The translations under genes were made by a program, and so were the position numbers. From a virus (Duplodnaviria; Heunggongvirae; Uroviricota; Caudoviricetes), in the IMG/VR virus record IMGVR_UViG_2744054854_000005: a stretch of DNA of 36,635 nt; one strand, 5' to 3'. The notes below the pieces were generated by a model. The model saw only the letters and a program-made list of their open reading frames with translations, was not told the DNA's origin and ran no database searches. Numbering within the stretch: the first letter of the stretch is position 1; every line of letters begins with the position of its first letter. Positions 28,239 through 36,635 of the stretch are shown here, piece by piece.

Positions 28239-28541
28239 ATGAGCGACAAGCTGACTGAAAAGACCGTAAAACTAGATACCACCATCATGCGCGGTAAAAC
28301 TGAAATTACCGAAATTGTGCTGCGTAAGCCGCAGTCCGGCGCACTGCGTGGCACCCGTCTGCAGGCCATTATGGATATGGACGTGGGCGCGATGATGACT
28401 GTGATCCCCCGAATCTCCTCCCCGACGCTGACTGCGCAGGAAATGGCAGAGCTGGACCCCGCCGATCTGACAGCAATGGCTGTAGAGGTGGTTACTTTTT
28501 TGTTGCCGAAGTCGGTGCTTGCCGATTTGCCGACAACCTGA
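28239..28541 (+). CDS. E: tail assembly chaperone E
   Basis: 100 aa, between tube and tape measure; contains the slippery T-run. Confidence 0.8.
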   Translation: MSDKLTEKTVKLDTTIMRGKTEITEIVLRKPQSGALRGTRLQAIMDMDVGAMMTVIPRISSPTLTAQEMAELDPADLTAMAVEVVTFLLPKSVLADLPTT

Positions 28542-28675
28542 CGGTTGATGATCTGGTGGCAGATATTGCCACCATCTTTCACTGGTCGCCGTCCATCACT
28601 GACGTTATGCCGCTGACTGATGTGCTGGAGTGGCGGCATAAGGCAATTCAGAGAAGCGGGGCCAGCGATGAGTGA
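28239..28675 (+). CDS. E': tail assembly chaperone E+E' (programmed -1 frameshift product)
   Basis: Slippery TTTTTTG at 28496..28502. The -1 frame was translated by hand and is open to TGA at 28673..28675 (VAEVGACRFADNLTVDDLVADIATIFHWSPSITDVMPLTDVLEWRHKAIQRSGASDE), ending just inside the tape-measure start. Confidence 0.6.
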
Positions 28676-31445
28676 TAATAACCTGCGACTGCAGGTAGTT
28701 CTGGGGGCGGTGGATAAGTTAACCCGCCCATTTAAAAATGCACAGGCTGGCTCTAAGGAGCTGGCATCAGCTATTCGACAAACCCGCGATCAGATTAAAA
28801 AGCTGAGTGATGCTGGAGGTCAGCTTAAATCTTTCGATCAGCTAACTCAAAGTGTTAGCCGTACTGGTGCCGAACTGGATCAGGCGAGGCTACGCGCTCA
28901 AATGATGACGCGCGAAATGTCTTCTTTGGAATCCCCGACAAAAAAACAAACGCAGGCGCTTGAAGCTCAGTGGCGTGCTGTTTCACGTCTTGAACAAAAA
29001 CAGCAACAGGAAACTCGCCAGATGGCGGCAGCCAGGGCTGAGCTTTATCGGCTGGGGTTATCTGCTGGGGGCGGAGCGCGTGAGACGGCACGGATTGCAC
29101 AAGAAACTGAGCGGTATAACCGACAGTTGGCTGAGCAGGAGCGCAGGCTGCGTGAAGTTGGCGAGCGTCAGCGAAAGCTCAACGCCATCAAAGCCAAGGC
29201 TGAAAAGACCCGCGAGTTAAGGAACTCTCTGGCAGGTAATGGTGCAGGGGCGATGGCGGCTGGGGTAACTACTGGCATGACGTTGCTGGCTCCAGTAAAA
29301 GCCTATTCAGAATCAGAAAATGCAGCGAATCAGCTCGCCGGTTCAATGATGGGGCCGGGCGGAAAGGTAGCGCCTGAATTTGAAAAAATTAACCGGCTTG
29401 CAGTTGCTTTGGGCGATAAGCTGCCGGGAACAACAGCCGACTTTCAGAACATGATGACTATGCTACGCCGTCAGGGTATGTCGGCGCAGGTCATCCTGGG
29501 CGGCTTGGGAGAGTCAGCAGCTTATCTTGGCGTGCAGTTACAGATGGCTCCCACTGCAGCAGCTGAGTTTGCGGCTAAGTTACAAGATGCTACCCAGACC
29601 TCCGAAAAAGACATGATGAATCTGATGGACGTGATCCAGAAAGGATTCTACGCAGGGGTAGATTCAGGAAATATGCTGCAGGGGTTCTCAAAAATCAGCA
29701 GTGCGATGGATATTATTCATAAAAAGGGATTGGACGCGGCTAAGACATTTGCTCCTCTATTAGTTATGGCTGATCAGGCTGGTATGGCTGGAGAGTCAGC
29801 TGGTAATGCCTACCGAAAAGTATTTCAGTCCGTCATGAATACGGAAAAAGTGAAGGATGCTAATGATGAACTAAAAGGCACCGGTGTTAAGTTCGATTTT
29901 ACGGATGGCAAGGGGGAGTTTGGCGGGCTGGAGAAAATGTACACGCAGTTAGCTCAACTCCAAAAGCTTAATACTGAGAAAAGGTTAGCTACTCTAAAAG
30001 GTATTTTTGGGGATGATGCGGAAACGCTGCAGGTGCTAAATATTATGATTACCAAAGGCATCTCAGGGTATCGAGAAACGGCTTCAAAGTTACAAAATCA
30101 GGCTTCTCTGCGCGAGCGTGTTGATGCCTCCTTGAATACTCTTGGTAATAAATGGGAAGCCGCTACAGGTTCCTTTACCAATGCTATGGCTAGTATCGGT
30201 GAAACAGTCGCCCCTGCATTAAAGAAGCTGGCTGACTGGTTGGGTGAACTGGCTTCGCGTCTGGATGGTTTTGTTAAACGACACCCACAATTGACCTCTG
30301 CGCTGTTTAAGCTGGCAGCTGGCTTTGCGATTGTTGCTACCGCCGCTGGGGTTGTTTCACTGGCGCTGGCGTCCGTGTTAGGACCGATGGCAGTAGTGCG
30401 AATGAGCGCAGGGGTGATGGGGCTAAAATTTTCATCTGCATTTGGTCTTATTGGGAAAGCAATCAGTTCTGTTGGCAAGTCAGTTATATGGCTGGGCCGA
30501 TTGATGTTTGCAAATCCTATACTGGCTGTCATTGGGTTGATCGCCGCTGGTGCTATTTATATCTGGCAGAATTGGGACACGCTTGGGCCAAAGTTCAAGG
30601 CCATGTGGGATGCCGTATGTAATGCCACAGGTACGGCATGGGATTGGATTAAAGAAAAGGCCAGCGCCGCATGGGAGGGGATTAAATCACTGTTCTTTAA
30701 TTATACCTTGCCGGGATTAATAGCTAAAAATTGGGATGCAATAAAATCTGGCGTTTCTGAGGCGTGGGCTAATATCAGGCAATCTATTAGTGATAAATGG
30801 AATTCGATCTTGGCTGATGTTGCCGCGCTTCCTGCGAAGTTTCAGGACATGGGCAGCGCCATTATTGACAGTATTCTTAATGGAATTAATGCCAAATGGG
30901 AGACACTAAAAAGCAAGCTTTCCTCAGTCACCGATTATCTGCCTGACTGGATGACCGGAAATAATAAAACACAAGGCAAAGCACAGGTGCAGGTGGTTGG
31001 TGGAGCAGCGGCTGCTGCGGTTCCGTTTGCTGGCATGTATGACAGCGGTGGCACGATCCCGCGTGGTCAGTTTGGCATCGTTGGGGAGAACGGCCCCGAA
31101 ATAGTGAACGGTCCCGCAAATGTGACCAGCAGACGGCGCACTGCTGCGCTGGCTTCCGTCGTTGCAGGCGTTATGGGCGTAGCGGCAGCGCCTGCAGAGG
31201 CTGCTCCACTACATCCTTACAGTCTGCCTACTGTGGCATATAAACAAAGCCAGCCAGCGAAATCAGCCAGCGCGCCGCCTGTGATGCACTTTGAAACTCA
31301 CGCGCCGATCACTATCTATGCTCAGCCAGGGCAAAGTGCGCAGGATATTGCCCGTGAAGTGGCGCGGCAGCTCGACGAGCGTGAACGCAGGGCCAGGGCT
31401 AAAGCACGCAGTAATTTCAGCGATCAAGGGGGATATGAATCATGA
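28668..31445 (+). CDS. T: tail tape measure protein
   Basis: 925 aa, coiled-coil N-terminus and Gly/Ala-rich hydrophobic middle; internal ATG (MSDNNLRLQ) chosen. Confidence 0.9.
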   Translation: MSDNNLRLQVVLGAVDKLTRPFKNAQAGSKELASAIRQTRDQIKKLSDAGGQLKSFDQLTQSVSRTGAELDQARLRAQMMTREMSSLESPTKKQTQALEAQWRAVSRLEQKQQQETRQMAAARAELYRLGLSAGGGARETARIAQETERYNRQLAEQERRLREVGERQRKLNAIKAKAEKTRELRNSLAGNGAGAMAAGVTTGMTLLAPVKAYSESENAANQLAGSMMGPGGKVAPEFEKINRLAVALGDKLPGTTADFQNMMTMLRRQGMSAQVILGGLGESAAYLGVQLQMAPTAAAEFAAKLQDATQTSEKDMMNLMDVIQKGFYAGVDSGNMLQGFSKISSAMDIIHKKGLDAAKTFAPLLVMADQAGMAGESAGNAYRKVFQSVMNTEKVKDANDELKGTGVKFDFTDGKGEFGGLEKMYTQLAQLQKLNTEKRLATLKGIFGDDAETLQVLNIMITKGISGYRETASKLQNQASLRERVDASLNTLGNKWEAATGSFTNAMASIGETVAPALKKLADWLGELASRLDGFVKRHPQLTSALFKLAAGFAIVATAAGVVSLALASVLGPMAVVRMSAGVMGLKFSSAFGLIGKAISSVGKSVIWLGRLMFANPILAVIGLIAAGAIYIWQNWDTLGPKFKAMWDAVCNATGTAWDWIKEKASAAWEGIKSLFFNYTLPGLIAKNWDAIKSGVSEAWANIRQSISDKWNSILADVAALPAKFQDMGSAIIDSILNGINAKWETLKSKLSSVTDYLPDWMTGNNKTQGKAQVQVVGGAAAAAVPFAGMYDSGGTIPRGQFGIVGENGPEIVNGPANVTSRRRTAALASVVAGVMGVAAAPAEAAPLHPYSLPTVAYKQSQPAKSASAPPVMHFETHAPITIYAQPGQSAQDIAREVARQLDERERRARAKARSNFSDQGGYES

Positions 31446-31927
31446 TGATGGTGCTGGGGTTATATGTCTTCATGTTGCGTACAGTGCCATATCAGGAGCT
31501 GCAGTATCAGCGCAGCTGGCGACACGCTGCGAACAACCGGGTGAACCGTCGTCCGTCAACGCAGTTCCTTGGGCCGGATAATGACTCGCTCACGTTATCT
31601 GGCGTACTGCTGCCGGAAGTCACCGGCGGCAGGCTGTCATTGCTGGCGCTGGAGTTGATGGCGGAGCAGGGAAAAGCCTGGCCTCTGATTGAAGGAAGTG
31701 GAACCATTTACGGTATGTTTGTGATTGAAAGTCTGAGCCAGACCAAAACGGAGTTTTTTGCAAGCGGCATGCCTCGACGCATTGAGTTTACGATTACCCT
31801 CAAACGGGTTGATGAGTCGCTGTCTGACTTGTTCGGGAGCCTGAGTGACCAGCTGAGCAACCTGCAGGATTCTGCAGCCTCTGCAGTTGGGGGAATTAAA
31901 AACACAGTTGGAGGGTTGCTGCAGTGA
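31442..31927 (+). CDS. U: tail protein U
   Basis: 161 aa, P2 gpU-like. Confidence 0.85.
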   Translation: MMMVLGLYVFMLRTVPYQELQYQRSWRHAANNRVNRRPSTQFLGPDNDSLTLSGVLLPEVTGGRLSLLALELMAEQGKAWPLIEGSGTIYGMFVIESLSQTKTEFFASGMPRRIEFTITLKRVDESLSDLFGSLSDQLSNLQDSAASAVGGIKNTVGGLLQ

Positions 31928-33024
31928 ATTTTAATTCTGATCTCCTGAACCTTAACAGCAAAAGCCCGGCTTTCAGTATCACCATTGAAGGTAAGGACGT
32001 GACTGCCGCGCTGGATGCGCGTCTGATGAGTCTGACGCTCACCGATAACCGGGGTTTTGAAGCGGACCAGCTTGATCTGGAGCTGGACGACGCCGACGGG
32101 CAGATCGTTCTGCCGCGACGTGGTGCCGTTATTCAGCTGGCGCTGGGATGGAAGGGCCAGCCGCTTTTCCCAAAAGGGGCCTTTACCGTGGATGAGATTG
32201 AGCACAGCGGTGCTCCTGATCGTCTGACTATCCGTGCCCGTAGCGCTGATTTCCGTGAAACCCTCAATACCCGGCGCGAAAAGTCATGGCACAAGACAAC
32301 CGTTGGCGATGTGGTAAAGGAAATCGCCGCGCGTCATAACCTCAAAATGGCGCTGGGTAAAGACCTGACGGACAAAGCGCTGGATCACATGGACCAGACA
32401 AATGAAAGCGATGCCAGTTTCCTGATGAAGCTGGCGCGCCAGTACGGCGCGATTGCTTCCGTTAAGGATGGAAACCTGTTGTTTATCAGGCAGGGGCAGG
32501 GAAAAACGGCGAGCGGTAAGCCGCTGCCGGTAATCACCATTGAGCGTAAGGCTGGTGACGGTCATCGTTTTACCCTGGCTGATCGTGGTGCCTATACCGG
32601 CGTTATTGCCAGCTGGCTGCATACCCGTGAACCAAAGAAAAAAGAAACAACCAGAGTTAAGCGCCGTCGGAAGAAAACCACCACACCCAAAGAGCCGGAA
32701 GCAAAACAGGGTGATTATCTGGTAGGAACGGATGAAAATGTGCTGGTTCTTAACCGCACTTACGCAAATCGCAGCAACGCCGAACGAGCGGCGAAAATGC
32801 AGTGGGAACGCCTGCAACGCGGCGTTGCGTCATTTTCTCTACAACTGGCAGAAGGGCGGGCAGATCTCTACACGGAAATGCCTGTGAAGGTCAGTGGTTT
32901 TAAACAGCCGATAGATGATGCGGAATGGACCATTACGACTCTGACACATACCGTCAGCCCGGATAATGGTTTTACGACCAGTCTGGAGCTTGAAGTGAGG
33001 ATTGATGATTTCGAAATGGAATGA
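31924..33024 (+). CDS. D: tail protein D
   Basis: 366 aa, GTG start overlapping the U stop; contains a Lys/Thr-rich low-complexity insert (EPKKKETTRVKRRRKKTTTPKEPE). Confidence 0.85.
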   Translation: MNFNSDLLNLNSKSPAFSITIEGKDVTAALDARLMSLTLTDNRGFEADQLDLELDDADGQIVLPRRGAVIQLALGWKGQPLFPKGAFTVDEIEHSGAPDRLTIRARSADFRETLNTRREKSWHKTTVGDVVKEIAARHNLKMALGKDLTDKALDHMDQTNESDASFLMKLARQYGAIASVKDGNLLFIRQGQGKTASGKPLPVITIERKAGDGHRFTLADRGAYTGVIASWLHTREPKKKETTRVKRRRKKTTTPKEPEAKQGDYLVGTDENVLVLNRTYANRSNAERAAKMQWERLQRGVASFSLQLAEGRADLYTEMPVKVSGFKQPIDDAEWTITTLTHTVSPDNGFTTSLELEVRIDDFEME

Positions 33025-33114
33025 TTCTTCGCAATGGAGAACTTTTAAGTTTGCAAAATGGAATAATGCGGTATCATTATTGTGAATTTAGCAAAAATGG
33101 TGAGAACTCGAAAA

Positions 33115-33333
33115 ATGATGATTTGCCCACTGTGTGGAAGTGCCGCCCATACTCGCAGCAGTTTTCAGGTATCTTCATTGACCAAAGAGCGTTACAACCA
33201 GTGCCAGAATATTAACTGCAGCCATACTTTTGTAACCCATGAAACTTTTGTTCGTTCGATTGCAACGCCAAAAGAGTCAAATCCGGTTCAGCCGCATCCA
33301 ATGAAATCAGGACAGGGGGCGCTCTCTCTTTGA
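33115..33333 (+). CDS. ogr: late-gene transcriptional activator (Ogr/B family zinc finger)
   Basis: 72 aa from an internal ATG; CPLCG...CQNINC zinc-finger pattern recalled as similar to P2 Ogr; last phage gene before the host junction. Confidence 0.8.
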   Translation: MMICPLCGSAAHTRSSFQVSSLTKERYNQCQNINCSHTFVTHETFVRSIATPKESNPVQPHPMKSGQGALSL

Positions 33334-33413
33334 CTCTGCCGCCAATTTGTCGCCATCATTAAAAAACAGTGCGTCTAACATCATGATTTTAAAAAGCATA
33401 AATTTCAGGCAAC

Positions 33414-33456
33414 AAAAAACCCATCAACCTTGAACCGAAATGGCGGGGTTGATGGG
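33414..33456 (-). terminator. hairpin (10-bp stem CCCATCAACC/GGTTGATGGG, 17-nt loop) followed on the minus strand by T6
   Basis: Seen in sequence, about 113 nt downstream of the ybjL stop; probably the ybjL terminator and therefore host DNA. Confidence 0.4.
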
Positions 33457-33568
33457 CTCCACAAAATGGGGACATCAAAGAAAAGCAGTGGCACTAATTA
33501 AGACTGATGCCCTGCGGAAAAGTTCTGCGGTTGTGCAAAAAAATTTCATTTTCAGGGCAACTTCAGTT

Positions 33569-35254
33569 TTATCCTAATCCTGGCCATACCATGACGATGA
33601 TTGTCCCTGCCAGCGTCAGCAGGACGTTGGCGATTGCATAGGTGCCCGCATAGCCCAGCGCCGGGATGTTACTGCGAGCTGTATCACTGATGATCTCCAT
33701 TGCCGGCGCGCAGGTACGTGCGCCCATCATTGCGCCGAACAACAGCGCGCGGTTCATTCGCAATACATAAGCACCGAACAAGAAACAGATAACCACGGGC
33801 ACCAGACTGACAATCAATCCGGCAATCAACATCTGACCGCCAATCGCGCCCAGGCCGTTATTAATACCGCTACCGGCGCTCAGACCAACGCCTGCCATAA
33901 ACACCATCAAGCCGAACTCTTTCACCATGCTTAATGCACCCTGCGGAATGTAACCGAAGGTCGGGTGGTTAGCACGCATAAAGCCCAGCATAATTCCGGC
34001 GAATAACAACCCGGCAGCGTTCCCCATGCCGAAACTGAATGTGCTGAACTGGAAGGTGATCATCCCGATCATCAGCCCAATAACAAAGAAGGCGCAAAAT
34101 GCCAGCAGGTCAGTGACCTGGCTGTGAATCGAGATAAAGCCGATGCGATCGGCGATGGTTTTTACGCGACGGGCATCACCGCTGACTTGTAAAACGTCAC
34201 CTTTGTTAAGCACGACGTTGTCATCTATCGGCATCTCAATCTGGCTACGAATGACGCGGTTAAGGAAGCAACCGTGATCGGTCAACTTCAGTTGTGCGAG
34301 ACGTTTACCTACAGCGTTATGGTTTTTAACGACCACTTCTTCAGTGACGATACGCATGTCGAGAAGGTCACGATCGAAAACTTCTTTACCGTTACGGAAG
34401 CTGGGATCGAGTCGGGCATGGGCGTCGGGATAGCCTACCAACGCTATTTCATCGCCCATTTGTAGCACGGCATCACCGTCTGGATTTGCCAGAATCCCGT
34501 TACGTCGAATACGTTCAATGTAGCAGCCGGTTTGTCGATAAATACCCAGTTCACGCAGATTTTTGCCGTCGGTCCAGGCCACCAGCTCCGGGCCGACGCG
34601 ATAGGCGCGGATCACCGGTAAATAAACCTTACGGTTGGCATCAGTGTCCAGGCCACGTTCGCGGGCGATTTGCTGGGCGCTGGTCTGTAAGTCCTGATGC
34701 TGCAATTTCGGCAAGTAACGCGCACCAACAATCAAACTCACCAGACCGATTAAATAGGTTAAGGCATACCCGAGGCTCAGATTATCCAGTGCCAGTGAGA
34801 GCTGCCTGCTTTCCATGCCGGAATGACGCAGTGTATCGCCAGCACCGACCAGAACCGGTGTCGACGTCATAGAGCCTGCTAACATACCGGCCGTCAGGCC
34901 AATATCCCAGCCAAACAGCTTACCTAACCCTAAGGCGATCACCAGCGCACTGCCAACCATCACCAGTGCTAACATTAGGTAATTTTTCCCATCGCGAAAA
35001 AAAATGGAAAAAAAGTTCGGTCCGGCTTCAACCCCAACACAGAAAATAAACAGCATAAAGCCAAGATTAAGCGCATCGGTGTTAATGCTGAAATGTTGTT
35101 GGCCTAATAACAGCGATACGACTAAAACGCCAATGGAATTACCCAGTTGGATCGAACCAAGTCGTAACTTTCCGAGACATAGCCCAAGCGCGAGGACCAC
35201 AAATAATAACAGAATGTAATTCCCATTTAACAATTCGGCGACGTTTATATTCAC
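33569..35254 (-). CDS. ybjL: putative transport protein YbjL (AspT/YidE/YbjL family)
   Basis: 561 aa, size and sequence character of E. coli YbjL; multi-pass membrane protein with central soluble domains. Confidence 0.9.
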
Positions 35255-35523
35255 GGAGGCTAACTTCTTGTTTACTAGTAAGCTGTTGAAAGAAATGGTA
35301 ATTTACGATAATGTTTTTTACCAGAATTCAGGGCGCAGATTCATTCAGCGCACCTAAACGATAGTAAAGTAACAATATATTTTACTAGTGTAATCACATT
35401 AGGTATCAACGGCTATATGAATTGCGTTGGCCTATATTAGCATGGAATGCGAAGCGGCTTTATCTTACTGAACGCCACACTGGCGAAAAATGTGTTCGAT
35501 AGACGCAGTGTCAGGAGGAACGA

Positions 35524-35901
35524 GTGAAACATAAACAACGTTGGGCGGGGGCAATCTGCTGTTTTGTCCTCTTCATTGTGGTGTGCCTTTTTCTGGCGAC
35601 GCACATGAAAGGCGCTTTTCGGGCTGCCGGGCATCCTGAAATCGGCTTGCTATTTTTCATTCTTCCTGGAGCAGTCGCCAGCTTCTTTTCACAGCGTAGA
35701 GAAGTCCTGAAACCTCTGTTTGGCGCAATGCTGGCGGCACCCTGTTCGATGCTCATTATGCGGCTGTTTTTTTCACCGACGCGCTCATTCTGGCAAGAGC
35801 TGGCATGGTTATTAAGTGCGGTGTTCTGGTGTGCGCTGGGGGCACTGTGTTTCTTATTTATCAGTAGTTTGTTTAAACCACAGCACAGAAAAAATCAGTA
35901 A
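35524..35901 (+). CDS. ybjM: inner membrane protein YbjM
   Basis: 125 aa, GTG start, hydrophobic; conserved neighbour of grxA. Confidence 0.85.
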   Translation: MKHKQRWAGAICCFVLFIVVCLFLATHMKGAFRAAGHPEIGLLFFILPGAVASFFSQRREVLKPLFGAMLAAPCSMLIMRLFFSPTRSFWQELAWLLSAVFWCALGALCFLFISSLFKPQHRKNQ

Positions 35902-35930
35902 AGCCCTCAACGCGAGGGCTTGTCAGACGA

Positions 35931-36188
35931 TCAGGCGTCCAGATTTTCTTTCACCCATGCAGCAAAATCGGTATAGCCGCCGATATGTTGCTGATCGACA
36001 AAAATCTGCGGCACGGTTTCTACGGGTTTACCTGCCTTTTGTTGTAGATCTTCTTTAGTGATCCCTTCCGCACGAATATCTACATAGTGATACTGAAAAT
36101 CATCGTGTTCATTGCTCAATTTCTCAGCCAGATCTTTTGCACGCACACAGTAAGGGCAACCCGGACGACCAAAAATAACGGTTTGCAT
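35931..36188 (-). CDS. grxA: glutaredoxin 1
   Basis: 85 aa from an internal ATG (MQTVIFGRPGCPYCVRAKDLAEKL...) with the CPYC active site. Confidence 0.9.
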   Translation of the reverse strand: MQTVIFGRPGCPYCVRAKDLAEKLSNEHDDFQYHYVDIRAEGITKEDLQQKAGKPVETVPQIFVDQQHIGGYTDFAAWVKENLDA

Positions 36189-36347
36189 TATTTCTCTCCT
36201 CATAGATTTATGCCTGTAATGATCACGCTAAAATGTATTCGCTGAAAGTAGGTTTAACCTGTTGCATTAATTGCTAAAAGCTATAACTGTTAAACACAAT
36301 ACAGTGAAAAGTTTTAGACTGAAGGCTCACTTTGCAGAGGGAAGCGT

Positions 36348-36635
36348 ATGCGCGCGATCGGTAAATTGCCTAAAGGCGTGTTGATACTGGAATTTATCGG
36401 AATGATGCTACTGGCGGTGGCGCTGCTGTCGGTAAGCGACTCCCTGTCGCTGCCTGAGCCATTTTCTCGGCCAGAAGTGCAGATTCTGATGATTTTTCTC
36501 GGTGTTTTGCTCATGCTTCCCGCTGCGGTGGTGGTTATTCTTCAGGTGGCAAAACGTCTTGCCCCACAGCTGATGAACCGTCCACCGCAATATTCACGTT
36601 CAGAAAGAGAAAAAGATAATGACGCCAACCATTGA
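36348..36635 (+). CDS. ybjC: YbjC (DUF1418 small membrane protein)
   Basis: 95 aa; stop coincides with the window end. Confidence 0.85.
   Translation: MRAIGKLPKGVLILEFIGMMLLAVALLSVSDSLSLPEPFSRPEVQILMIFLGVLLMLPAAVVVILQVAKRLAPQLMNRPPQYSRSEREKDNDANH
36619..36635 (+). CDS. nfsA: nfsA, first five codons only (MTPTI), truncated by window end
   Basis: ATGACGCCAACCATT overlapping the ybjC stop, as in the E. coli ybjC-nfsA operon; too short to confirm independently. Confidence 0.4.

Larger units (their letters stand above)
1..33413. mobile_element. P2-family (186-like) prophage; left end truncated at window start, right end approximate
   Basis: Contiguous P2-type gene order from integrase through ogr, then host genes ybjL/ybjM/grxA/ybjC. 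Right boundary is placed before a minus-strand terminator-like hairpin at 33414..33456 that probably belongs to ybjL; no att repeat can be identified because attL is outside the window. Confidence 0.85.

Noticed and set aside
33420-33456. Hairpin considered as the att core
   Set aside because: It is followed by a T-run only on the minus strand, downstream of ybjL, so it is more simply the ybjL terminator; att cannot be defined without the other junction.
1-36635. CRISPR arrays, tRNA or rRNA genes, insertion sequences
   Set aside because: No regularly spaced direct repeats, no cloverleaf-compatible tRNA-like sequence and no transposase ORF were seen anywhere in the window.

Overview
The window is almost entirely a P2-family (186-like) temperate prophage (about 1..33,400), with its right end abutting E. 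coli-type host genes ybjL, ybjM, grxA, ybjC and the first codons of nfsA. The left junction lies outside the window, which starts at the integrase stop codon. All calls rest on reading the translated ORFs and the DNA by eye; no searches were run. The prophage reads: int, cI (186-type), apl, cII, small early genes, a zinc-finger protein, dam, replication gene A, an SOS-controlled Tum-like/DinI-like pair, cos, then the P2-type morphogenetic genes Q P | O N M L X Y K lysA lysB lysC R S V W J I H G | FI FII E/E' T U D ogr, with TGT-N12-ACA late-promoter dyads. Two runs of N (8622..8663, 22976..23075) are assembly gaps; the second artificially fuses tail fiber H to the C-terminus of tail fiber assembly protein G. 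Three AT-rich cargo loci interrupt the conserved backbone and are the most interesting parts: (1) between int and cI, a 558-aa membrane-anchored coiled-coil protein with a C-terminal T5orf172/GIY-YIG-like domain; (2) between cos and Q, a zinc-ribbon plus DUF4145-like protein with its own promoter; (3) between G and FI, an acyltransferase-3 membrane protein, an unknown 140-aa protein and an orphan Hin/Gin-family invertase. Loci 1 and 2 are the best candidates for anti-phage or abortive-infection functions, but this is inference from architecture and position, not from any confirmed homology.
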